Positions 45,354 through 53,438 of a stretch of 64,000 nucleotides of DNA are shown here, one piece after another. Both the position numbers and the translations under genes were made by a program. The stretch is from Acidobacteriota bacterium (GTDB lineage: Bacteria; Acidobacteriota; Thermoanaerobaculia; UBA5066): assembly GCA_030278895.1 (NCBI GenBank), contig JARXKK010000003.1, forward strand, positions 4,471-68,470, written 5' to 3'. Below the pieces are notes generated by a model that did not search any database, had not been told where the DNA came from, and saw nothing but the letters and a program-made list of their open reading frames with translations. Numbering within the stretch: position 1 is the stretch's first letter; each line of letters begins with the position of its first letter.

Positions 45354-48226
45354 CGCGGCGGACCGGGCCCGCACGCGGGGCGCGCGCGATCACGGTGGTC
45401 AACGCGCGCACGCACAACCTCAAGAACGTGACGTGCTCCTTTCCCGTCGGAGCGCTCACGGTCGTCACGGGCCCCTCGGGTTCCGGAAAATCCTCGCTCG
45501 CCTTCGACACGCTGTATGCGGAGGGCCAGCGCCGGTTCGTCGAATCCATGTCCACGTATGCGCGCCAGTACCTCGAGCGCCTCGAACGCCCCGACGTGGA
45601 TCTCATCGAACACGTCCTGCCCGCTCTCGCGATCGAGCAGAAGGCCCCGGGGCGCTCGGCCCGCTCCACCGTCGGGACCGCGACCGAGATTCACGACGTC
45701 CTGCGGCTCCTCTTCGCGGCGGCGGGGACTCTCCGGTGCCCGGACGACGGCACGCTCGTCCGGCGCCATACCGTCGAAGGAATAGAGAAAATTCTGCTTT
45801 CGGAATGGGGAGAGGGAACGAAGCTCCTCGTGATCGCGCCGCGCAAGGTCCAGGCGTTCGAAGCGGAGAGCGCGGAGTGGAAGAGGCAGGGCTTCTTCCG
45901 CTACGTCTCAGCGTCGGGTGACGTTCTGGAAATTTCTTCGAGTGGAATAGAGAAAGACCCCTTCCCGTTGCTCGTAGGACGGCACGTGCTCTCGGCTTCC
46001 GATCCGGAATTCCTCACGTCACTTTCATTGGCATTCGACGCGGCGGACGGTGAGCTTCTTGTCTTGAAGAACGGGGAGGGTCTTTCCTCGGCCCGCCGCT
46101 TCTTTCGTGGCCTCGTCTGCGACGCCTGCGGCCAGCGCTTCACGGATCCCGTGCCGGCCCTCTTCTCCTTCAATTCGCCGCGGGGTGCGTGCGAGACCTG
46201 CCAGGGATTCGGACGCGTGACGGGCATCGACCCGGCTCGCGTCGTCCCCGATCCCCGGAAGTCGCTGGCCCAGCGGCCGATCGCGCCGTTCAACTCGCCG
46301 GCCTACGCGAGCGCGTACGACGACCTGAAGGCGGTCTCACGCCGGAACAAGGTGCGCTGGAACGTGCCCTGGCGCGACCTGTCGCCGAAGGAGCGCGACG
46401 TCGTGTGGAAGGGCTCGGGCGAGTGGTACGGCGTCGAGGGGCTGTTCAAGTACCTCGAGAAGAAGCGTTACAAAGTGCACGTCCGCGTCTTGCTGTCGCG
46501 GTATCGCGGCTACACGCCCTGTCCGGCCTGCGGCGGAGCACGTCTGAAGCCTGAAGCGCTCGCCGTCACGCTCGCCGGCAAGACGATTGCCGGCGTCGTG
46601 GCCCTGACGCTCCAAGAGCTGCTCGCGTTCCTCGACGGCGCCCTTCCCCTCGCCGAGGAGCGCGCGCGCGGGGCTTCGCTCGTCGACGAGCTCCGGCGCC
46701 GCGTGTCCACGCTCGTCGAGATCGGCCTTTCCTATCTCACGCTCTCACGCACGATGCGCACGCTCTCGGGCGGCGAAGCCCAGCGCATCCAGCTTGGCTC
46801 GGCGATCGGCAACGCGCTCACCGGCACGCTCTACGTCCTCGACGAGCCGACCGTCGGACTACATCCCCGCGATACGCACAGGCTGCTCGGCGTCCTCCGT
46901 CGCCTCGCGGCGGGCGGCAACGCCGTCGTGGCCGTCGAGCACGACACGGACGTCATACGCGCGGCCGACCACGTCATCGACCTCGGGCCCGGCGCCGGCG
47001 CCAAAGGCGGCCGGCTCGTCTTCGAGGGCACGCCTCGAGAGCTCGAGGAGCAGGACACGGCGACGGGGAGGAGTCTGAAGAAGGAGAGAGAAATTCTTTT
47101 TGCTTCGGACAGCAGGCCGTATCCGCTGCCCGACGCGAGTCCGCTCATTGCTGCCGAAACGGTGGGCGCCTATGGCGCTTTCTTAGAAGGGGGTATGGGC
47201 GGTGGCGGCGCGATTCGTGTCGTGGGTGCGCGAGCAAATAATCTTCAAAATATTTCAGTTTCCTTCCCTCTGCATTCCCTCGTCGCCGTTTCCGGAGTTT
47301 CCGGGTCCGGGAAATCCTCGCTCGTCGTCGATGTCCTCGCCGCGGGCGCGCGGCAGAGGATGGGGAAGGGGCTGCTGACCGGCGTGGACGAGGTCGGTCC
47401 GCACGACGCGATCGAGGGCCTCGAGCTCGTGTCGGACGTCGTTCTCGTCGACCAGTCGCCGCTCGGACGCTCTTCCCGCTCGAACGCGGCCACGTACACG
47501 AAGGCCTGGGACGAGGTCCGGACGCTCCTCGCCCGCTCGCCCGCCGCGAAGGCCCGCCGCCTCGAGAAGGGGGCGTTCAGCTTCAACGCGAAGGGCGGCC
47601 GCTGCGAGCAGTGCGAGGGCGCCGGCACCGTGACGGTGGACATGCAATTCCTCGCCGACGTGACGGTCGTGTGCGACGCGTGCGACGGGCGGCGGTTCAA
47701 GTCCGAGGTGCTCGAAGTCCGGCTGCGCGGACGAAACGTGGACGAGCTCCTCGCAACGACGGTGGACGAGGCGCGCGACCTCTTCGCCGACGCCCCGGCG
47801 ATCGCCAGCCGGCTCGCACCGCTCGCGGAGGCGGGGCTCGGCTATCTCACGCTCGGCCAGTCCACCGGCACGCTCTCGGGCGGGGAAGCACAGCGGCTCA
47901 AGATCGCGTCCTTCCTCAGGAGCGGCAGCCCGGGAGAGCCCGTGCTCTTCATCTTCGACGAGCCCACGACCGGACTCGCGCCGTCGGACGTGGACGTGCT
48001 CCTGTCGGTCTTCCGTCGCCTCATTGCGGCGGGCCACTCGATCGTCGCCGTCGAGCACAACACCGCGTTTCTGGCCCGCGCGGACTCCCTCGTGGAGCTC
48101 GGCCCCGGCGGCGGACCGGCGGGGGGATCCCTCGTGTTTTCGGGGACTCCCGGGGCTCTCGCCGCCCGCGGCGGCACGCCGACTGCCGAAGCGCTGCGGA
48201 GCCGGGTACAATTTCCGTCACCTTGA
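45350..48226 (+). CDS. uvrA: UvrA-family (excinuclease ABC subunit A-like) tandem ABC ATPase
   Basis: GTGA overlap at 45350-45353. Collinear with E. coli UvrA: ARTHNLKNV, GPSGSGKSSLAFDTLYAEGQRRFVES, three Cys4 modules (RCPDDG/CDACG, CETCQG/CPACGG, CEQCEG/CDACDG), and two LSGGEAQR signatures. The sequence alone does not show whether it is the housekeeping copy or a paralogue. Confidence 0.85.
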   Translation: MTRRTGPARGARAITVVNARTHNLKNVTCSFPVGALTVVTGPSGSGKSSLAFDTLYAEGQRRFVESMSTYARQYLERLERPDVDLIEHVLPALAIEQKAPGRSARSTVGTATEIHDVLRLLFAAAGTLRCPDDGTLVRRHTVEGIEKILLSEWGEGTKLLVIAPRKVQAFEAESAEWKRQGFFRYVSASGDVLEISSSGIEKDPFPLLVGRHVLSASDPEFLTSLSLAFDAADGELLVLKNGEGLSSARRFFRGLVCDACGQRFTDPVPALFSFNSPRGACETCQGFGRVTGIDPARVVPDPRKSLAQRPIAPFNSPAYASAYDDLKAVSRRNKVRWNVPWRDLSPKERDVVWKGSGEWYGVEGLFKYLEKKRYKVHVRVLLSRYRGYTPCPACGGARLKPEALAVTLAGKTIAGVVALTLQELLAFLDGALPLAEERARGASLVDELRRRVSTLVEIGLSYLTLSRTMRTLSGGEAQRIQLGSAIGNALTGTLYVLDEPTVGLHPRDTHRLLGVLRRLAAGGNAVVAVEHDTDVIRAADHVIDLGPGAGAKGGRLVFEGTPRELEEQDTATGRSLKKEREILFASDSRPYPLPDASPLIAAETVGAYGAFLEGGMGGGGAIRVVGARANNLQNISVSFPLHSLVAVSGVSGSGKSSLVVDVLAAGARQRMGKGLLTGVDEVGPHDAIEGLELVSDVVLVDQSPLGRSSRSNAATYTKAWDEVRTLLARSPAAKARRLEKGAFSFNAKGGRCEQCEGAGTVTVDMQFLADVTVVCDACDGRRFKSEVLEVRLRGRNVDELLATTVDEARDLFADAPAIASRLAPLAEAGLGYLTLGQSTGTLSGGEAQRLKIASFLRSGSPGEPVLFIFDEPTTGLAPSDVDVLLSVFRRLIAAGHSIVAVEHNTAFLARADSLVELGPGGGPAGGSLVFSGTPGALAARGGTPTAEALRSRVQFPSP

Positions 48227-49434
48227 CGAGCGAAGCCTTCCGTTACGTGCTCTCGGTGGAGGGCCGCGAGATCGACCTCTCGGACGGTGAGGCCACGCTC
48301 GGCCGCAGCCGGACGTCGACCGTGCGGCTCGAGCACGAGTCGGTTTCGCGTTCGCACGCGCTCCTCACGCTCAACAAGGGCGAGGCGATCGTCAAGGACC
48401 TCAACTCCTCGAACGGAACTTACGTCGGCGGCAAGAGGATTTCGCGCGAGACGCGGCTCCAGGGCGGAGACCGCATCCAGATCGGCGCGGCCGTGGTGGA
48501 TCTGCGCATCATTCCGCCAAACGTTCCGTCGGACCGGACGGCGCTTCTCGGGCCGGACCAACTGCCGCGCCAGCCCGAAGAGCCGCCCGCGCCGCGGCCG
48601 CCATCGGGAATCACCTACGAGCCGGTGCCGGGCGGCACCCGTCCTGGGGTAGAAGCGCCGCCGCCGGTGTTTTCGCCCGACGAAATGTCGGCCTCCGAGC
48701 TCTTCCGCGACATCGACAAGAAAGGCGCTCCCCCCCGGCCCGGCTCCGGCTTCCGCGAGGCCTTCCCCGCGGCACTCCGGCCCCCGGACGAGCTCTCGAC
48801 CGTTGCGCCGTCCGACGGCATTCCGGCGCTCGCCGAGCCGTTCCCGTCGGCGATCGCGGCGCGTGAGCTGGCGGATATCTCGATCCAGATGAATTCGTCC
48901 CAGGCCCCGCCGCGCCTCGCGACGGTCGATCGCGCGGCGGCGTTCCGCGAGCGGCGCGCCCCGGCGGTGAACGCGGGCCCGCGAAACGCCGCGAACCCGT
49001 TCGCCCGCCTCATCGCTGCACTCGTCGATGCCGTCATCCTCACGGCGATCAACCTCCTCCTGTTCGCTCCCGTTTTTCTCATCGACTACTTCCGCGCGGA
49101 GCTCCAGACGCGCGACGCGGCTCCTGACTGGGCCTTTCGAGGCATCACGCTGCTCTCGTTCCTCCTTGCGGCGCTCGCGAACGCACTCTATGTCGTGGGT
49201 GGCTGGGCGTGGCGCGGGCGCACGCCCGGCAAGTCCCTCCTCGGGCTCACGGTCGTCAAACGCGGGGAAATCGGCGGAAGGGGCATCGGCTGGAAGGCCG
49301 CTCTGATCCGCGCGGTCGTCCTCGTGCTCGCGGGCCTGCCGCTGGGACTCGGATGGGTGTGGGCCTTCTTCGAGAAGGACAAGAGGGCCTTTCAGGATCT
49401 CGCGGCAGACACCTGGGTCGTTCGCTCGCGCTGA
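48223..49434 (+). CDS. FHA-domain / RDD-domain membrane protein
   Basis: FHA: ATLGRSRTSTVRLEHESVSRSHALL....NSSNGTYVGG. A Pro-rich linker follows. C-terminal RDD family TM domain (RLIAALVDAVIL..., W.WRGRTPGKSLLGL). TTG start with TTGA overlap; GTG 48247 is an alternative. Confidence 0.8.
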   Translation: MTSEAFRYVLSVEGREIDLSDGEATLGRSRTSTVRLEHESVSRSHALLTLNKGEAIVKDLNSSNGTYVGGKRISRETRLQGGDRIQIGAAVVDLRIIPPNVPSDRTALLGPDQLPRQPEEPPAPRPPSGITYEPVPGGTRPGVEAPPPVFSPDEMSASELFRDIDKKGAPPRPGSGFREAFPAALRPPDELSTVAPSDGIPALAEPFPSAIAARELADISIQMNSSQAPPRLATVDRAAAFRERRAPAVNAGPRNAANPFARLIAALVDAVILTAINLLLFAPVFLIDYFRAELQTRDAAPDWAFRGITLLSFLLAALANALYVVGGWAWRGRTPGKSLLGLTVVKRGEIGGRGIGWKAALIRAVVLVLAGLPLGLGWVWAFFEKDKRAFQDLAADTWVVRSR

Positions 49435-49453
49435 GGTTTCCGTACGGGGGGCG

Positions 49454-50308
49454 TCAGGTCCCCTTCAGGGCCGCGAGGAGCGATGGAGAAAGAAGCGCCT
49501 CCTCCGTCCGTCGCCCGCCGCCCCTTCTGCGCCACGAGGCGAGCGCCTTCTTCGCGCGGGCGAAGAGGGCCGGATCGGTCCTGCCCTCGAGGACGTAGCG
49601 CGTCCCGAGAACGAGCGACGCGAGGAGGTCGGCCTCGCGGGCTTCCGGGCGGACCCGCCGGAAGCGCTCGACTTCGGCTTCGGCCCCCGCGAAGTCGCCG
49701 GCGGAAAAGAGCGTCAGGATGCTCTCGGCGCCGGCTCCTGCGGCGCCCTGCGGCTCCGGCGGCTCGGCATCCCGGGCCGTCAGGCCGGAGGCCGGGGCGA
49801 TGGCCGGGGCGGGAACCGCGGGCACCGGCGCCGGTGGCGTCGGAGCGGGTGCCTCCCGAAGGGCGACTAGCTGGGCCTCGCGGCGTTCGAGCGTCCCGAG
49901 CCGGCCGAGGAGGTCCGCGGATTCCGGGAATCCGTCGATGACCCCTTCGCTCCGGGAGAGAAGGAGGTTGCGCTTCGCCTCGAGCACCTCGCCGAGCTCC
50001 ATGTGCGCGACGCCCAGCCAGTAATAGGGGTCGTAGAGGTCCACCGTGTATCGGCTCGCGCCGAAGTGCTGCCGCGCGTGCGTGTGCCCGGTGGCCAGCG
50101 CGTCGTTCATCTTCTGGATCGCGAGAGGCCAGTCTTTCCGCTGCGCGGCGGCCTGTCCCGCCTGATACGCCTTCACGGCCGCGTCGGGGGGTAGAATCAC
50201 CTGCGCGGACAGCTGGCCCGTGAGGGCGACCAGCAGGGCGGCGATCACCCCCGTGGATCCGGTCCCACGTGGGATGGTGAGCGTGCCGCGACACTCCCAA
50301 GAGCGCAT
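49454..50308 (-). CDS. Hypothetical secreted protein with TPR-like helical regions and a Pro/Ala-rich spacer
   Basis: Signal-peptide-like VIAALLVALTGQLSAQ and GC3-rich codons. It sits only 21 nt from the divergent gene, so the start is uncertain. Confidence 0.55.
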   Translation of the reverse strand: MRSWECRGTLTIPRGTGSTGVIAALLVALTGQLSAQVILPPDAAVKAYQAGQAAAQRKDWPLAIQKMNDALATGHTHARQHFGASRYTVDLYDPYYWLGVAHMELGEVLEAKRNLLLSRSEGVIDGFPESADLLGRLGTLERREAQLVALREAPAPTPPAPVPAVPAPAIAPASGLTARDAEPPEPQGAAGAGAESILTLFSAGDFAGAEAEVERFRRVRPEAREADLLASLVLGTRYVLEGRTDPALFARAKKALASWRRRGGGRRTEEALLSPSLLAALKGT

Positions 50309-50329
50309 CGAGGGGGATTCTAGAGAAGG

Positions 50330-53300
50330 ATGAGTTCGAACTCCCGGCTTTCGCGATCGGTCCTCGGAGCGGCTCTCCTCGGAGCCTTGGCGGCCGCGTG
50401 GGCGCCGGGCGCTCGCGGCGCGGCCTGCCCGGTCCCGCCCCCGGTCCTGACAGGGCCAGCGGGTGTCCAGGCTGGGGAGTCGTATTCCCTCTCGTGGACG
50501 AACGTCCTCACGGGCCCGACGACCCAGAGCGCGGACTATTACGTCGTCGAGCGCTCCCAGGACGCGGGCTTCGCGGCGGGCGTCGATCAGAGCGTCACCG
50601 TGCGGTCGGCGATCACGTTGACGCCGGGCGCCGCGAGCGCGAAGGTCCTCTACCACCGGATCGTCGTCAAGTCGTCCTGTCCGGCAGGCTCGGCGCCCGC
50701 GGGAACGGCCGCCATCGTCTCGAACGTCCTCGCCGTGCCGGTGAAGTCCGTCTGCGACGTCCCGCCGTCCGTCGGGGAGCTCGTTTCGACCCCGGCGAAT
50801 CCGCCCGCCTTGTCCACGTGGGTCGTCACCTGGAATACGCTCGGCCTCGGTGCGGGACCGGGCGGCGGATTGACCGGCCTGAAGTTTCGCATCCGCGAGA
50901 CCTCCGCCTCCTCGGTCAACGCGAGCGAATGGGTCGTGGAGGGAGGCGCGTCGTCCTTCACGGGCGCTCCGGGCGACTACGTGTATCAGGTGCGCGCCGA
51001 AGCGACCTGCGGGTCGGTCGGACCGTGGTCTCCCGCGCTCCGCGTGATCGTGGGAAACGTCCTGAGGCCAGCCCTCCAGCTCGTCTCCGAGCCCGCACCG
51101 ATCGCGGGGCTCGTCCCGGCGCCAGGTACCCGCCTCACGACCTCCTTCACCGTTCGCAACGGAGGCACGGATCCGATCCTCGTCCGCGTGAAACCGGACG
51201 ACAGCGGATTCGTCGTCAGCCCGGACTCGTTCTCGCTCGCTTCGAACGCGTCGCAGACGATCGGGGTGACGTCGCTCTACGTCACGGCGCTCGTGCGTCC
51301 CGTGCACGCCTCGATCACGCTCACGGCGGGGGATACGCTCCTGACGGTGCCCGTCGACTGCATGATCGCGGCCGAACCGTCGAAGGCGAAGGTGGTCTGG
51401 AGCGGCCCGGCTGCGGACATCGACCGGGACGGCAGCCCGATCCTCCACGCGATCGTCAATCCGTCGGATTTCTCCATTCCTTTCGTCGCGACTGTGCGCG
51501 CACCCTGGCTCTCCGTGGTGTCTCTCGATGGGCTGCAGTGGGACCGCCCGCTCGGCGCTCGCGAGACGCGCACCGTCCGGATCCTCGTGGATCGCGCGAA
51601 GAGGCGCTCGGGCACGGGAAGCGAAGTGGGCGCGGTCGCGCTCGCCACGGTCGGCTTCCCGGACAGCCCGGAGTCGATTCTCGTGACGGACGACGGTCCG
51701 GCGCTCGCGCCGGCCGCGACCGGAGCGGGCGCGACACCCGCGTCCGCCGCGCGCACGCGGCTTCTCTACGCCGCCTTCCCGAACGCGATCGACGCGCGGG
51801 GCGTCGGCCGCTACGCGGCGGACCTGTGGCTCACGAATTCCGACGCCGTGACTCCGGTGCTCGTCTCGCTGCTGTTCAACCCCGTGGGGGCGCCGGGAGA
51901 CGGTTCGGCCCTCCGCCGGTACGACATCACGCTCGCTCCGAGCGAGACGCGCCGCTACCGCAACGTGGTGGGAACGCTTCTCGGCTCGGAAGGGGCGTTC
52001 ACCGTCGAGGTGCGCTCGGCGGCGCCCACGCTAACGGCCACGGCCCTCGTCAATAACCGGCCGCTGCCGGCGACCGTGGCGGCGCGAAATGCCTCGCGAC
52101 AGACGCTCGCGGGGACCACGCCGGCGACCGGACAGTACGGCTTCGAGATGCGGCCGACGATTCCGGGCGAGGGCGTGAAGCAGAGCGACCCTCTCTATTG
52201 GGTATCCGGTCTCGCGCACGACAGGAATCGCCGCTCGAACCTGCTGCTCCTCGAGACGTCGGGCTTCGACACGAAGATCCTCATCGAGTTGTTCGACCTG
52301 GACGGCATTCCGGTCCTGAGAAACGGCGCCATCGTCAGTATCGACAGAACGATTCCGGCGAACTCGACGGTCCAGCTCTTCGACGACGCGGACCTCTTCG
52401 ACGCGTCGCCTCTCGCAAACTCGTATGCCTATGCCCGGATCACCTGGAAGGACAACAGTGTTGCCGATCCCATAGGCGGGGCGCGCGGATCCGTGGTTGG
52501 GATGGCGACGGTCATCGACAATCGTACGCAGGACTCGTCGCTCCACGTCGGCGTCTCTTCGAACGGGCTGAATCCGTTGAAGGGGGCGTCTTCGAGCGCC
52601 GGGGTGTCGCGTGAGGCCTACTCGGCCGTGCCCTTCGCCGGCGCTCCGCCTTCGCTCTCGTTCCCCGCGGTCCACGCGGGCGGCGCCCCGCTCGAAGACG
52701 GTTCGAAGCCGTTCTGGCGGACGCGCGTCACGCTCACGAACACATCCACCTCGACCGCTCACAATGTGAAGCTGAAATACGTCGATAACAACTCGAACAC
52801 GATCACTTCGGCGATTCAGCCGCTTCCCGCGCGCGCCGTCGTCGCCTTCGAGGACCTGCTCGAAGAATTCTTTGGCCTTCCGCCCCTCGCGAGCACCTTC
52901 GGCCACATCGAGATCGAAAACGTGATGAACACGGACGGCACGTGCTGCAAGCAGGGCTGGGCGGACGTGGACGTTCAGACCGAGGCGTACACCGTGTCGC
53001 CCTCGACCGGCGTCGGAGATTTCAAGACCGGCATGGAGGGTTACTCCTACCGCCACGGCTACTCCTCGTTCCAGTCGAACCTCGGGACGATGTCCTTCGA
53101 CGGCGCGGAGAGCTCGTCGGCCTATCGCACGAACCTCATCCTGAACGAGGTTACAGGCTCGTATTGCGACGTCGTCATCGCGGCTTACCTGCCCGGGTCG
53201 TTCGTGCCGATCGCGACCGCCCCCCGGCGCATCGCGCCGAACGGCTACGTTTCAGAGGAGCTCTTCCGCAGCGTCCTCGGCCTCAACCTCTCGGAGCTCA

Positions 53301-53434
53301 CGGACGTGCGCATCGTGGTTCGGCAGGTCGGCGGCGACGGGGTGTTCCTGGCCTTCGCCTCGAAGATCGACGTCGTATCGGGCGACCCGGCCAACATCTT
53401 CCTGCGTCCGGCGTCGGCCGGCACGGGACGGTGA
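50330..53434 (+). CDS. Large (1034 aa) secreted repeat-built protein, function unknown
   Basis: Signal peptide LGAALLGALAAAWAPGARG. Two Cys-bracketed FN3-like modules are followed by Ig-like regions and two copies of a double beta-sandwich module. The first ends in ATVIDNRTQDSS and the second in ASKIDVVSGDPANIF. Confidence 0.85.
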   Translation: MSSNSRLSRSVLGAALLGALAAAWAPGARGAACPVPPPVLTGPAGVQAGESYSLSWTNVLTGPTTQSADYYVVERSQDAGFAAGVDQSVTVRSAITLTPGAASAKVLYHRIVVKSSCPAGSAPAGTAAIVSNVLAVPVKSVCDVPPSVGELVSTPANPPALSTWVVTWNTLGLGAGPGGGLTGLKFRIRETSASSVNASEWVVEGGASSFTGAPGDYVYQVRAEATCGSVGPWSPALRVIVGNVLRPALQLVSEPAPIAGLVPAPGTRLTTSFTVRNGGTDPILVRVKPDDSGFVVSPDSFSLASNASQTIGVTSLYVTALVRPVHASITLTAGDTLLTVPVDCMIAAEPSKAKVVWSGPAADIDRDGSPILHAIVNPSDFSIPFVATVRAPWLSVVSLDGLQWDRPLGARETRTVRILVDRAKRRSGTGSEVGAVALATVGFPDSPESILVTDDGPALAPAATGAGATPASAARTRLLYAAFPNAIDARGVGRYAADLWLTNSDAVTPVLVSLLFNPVGAPGDGSALRRYDITLAPSETRRYRNVVGTLLGSEGAFTVEVRSAAPTLTATALVNNRPLPATVAARNASRQTLAGTTPATGQYGFEMRPTIPGEGVKQSDPLYWVSGLAHDRNRRSNLLLLETSGFDTKILIELFDLDGIPVLRNGAIVSIDRTIPANSTVQLFDDADLFDASPLANSYAYARITWKDNSVADPIGGARGSVVGMATVIDNRTQDSSLHVGVSSNGLNPLKGASSSAGVSREAYSAVPFAGAPPSLSFPAVHAGGAPLEDGSKPFWRTRVTLTNTSTSTAHNVKLKYVDNNSNTITSAIQPLPARAVVAFEDLLEEFFGLPPLASTFGHIEIENVMNTDGTCCKQGWADVDVQTEAYTVSPSTGVGDFKTGMEGYSYRHGYSSFQSNLGTMSFDGAESSSAYRTNLILNEVTGSYCDVVIAAYLPGSFVPIATAPRRIAPNGYVSEELFRSVLGLNLSELTDVRIVVRQVGGDGVFLAFASKIDVVSGDPANIFLRPASAGTGR

Positions 53435-53438
53435 CGGG

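Noticed and set aside
45350-48226. The UvrA-like protein as a truncated class lacking the UvrB-binding domain.
   Set aside because: By-eye alignment to E. coli UvrA is collinear through the region between the first Cys pair (LLVIAPRK...QGFFRYVSASGDV...), and the total length (958 aa) is normal. Loss of that domain cannot be claimed from the sequence alone.
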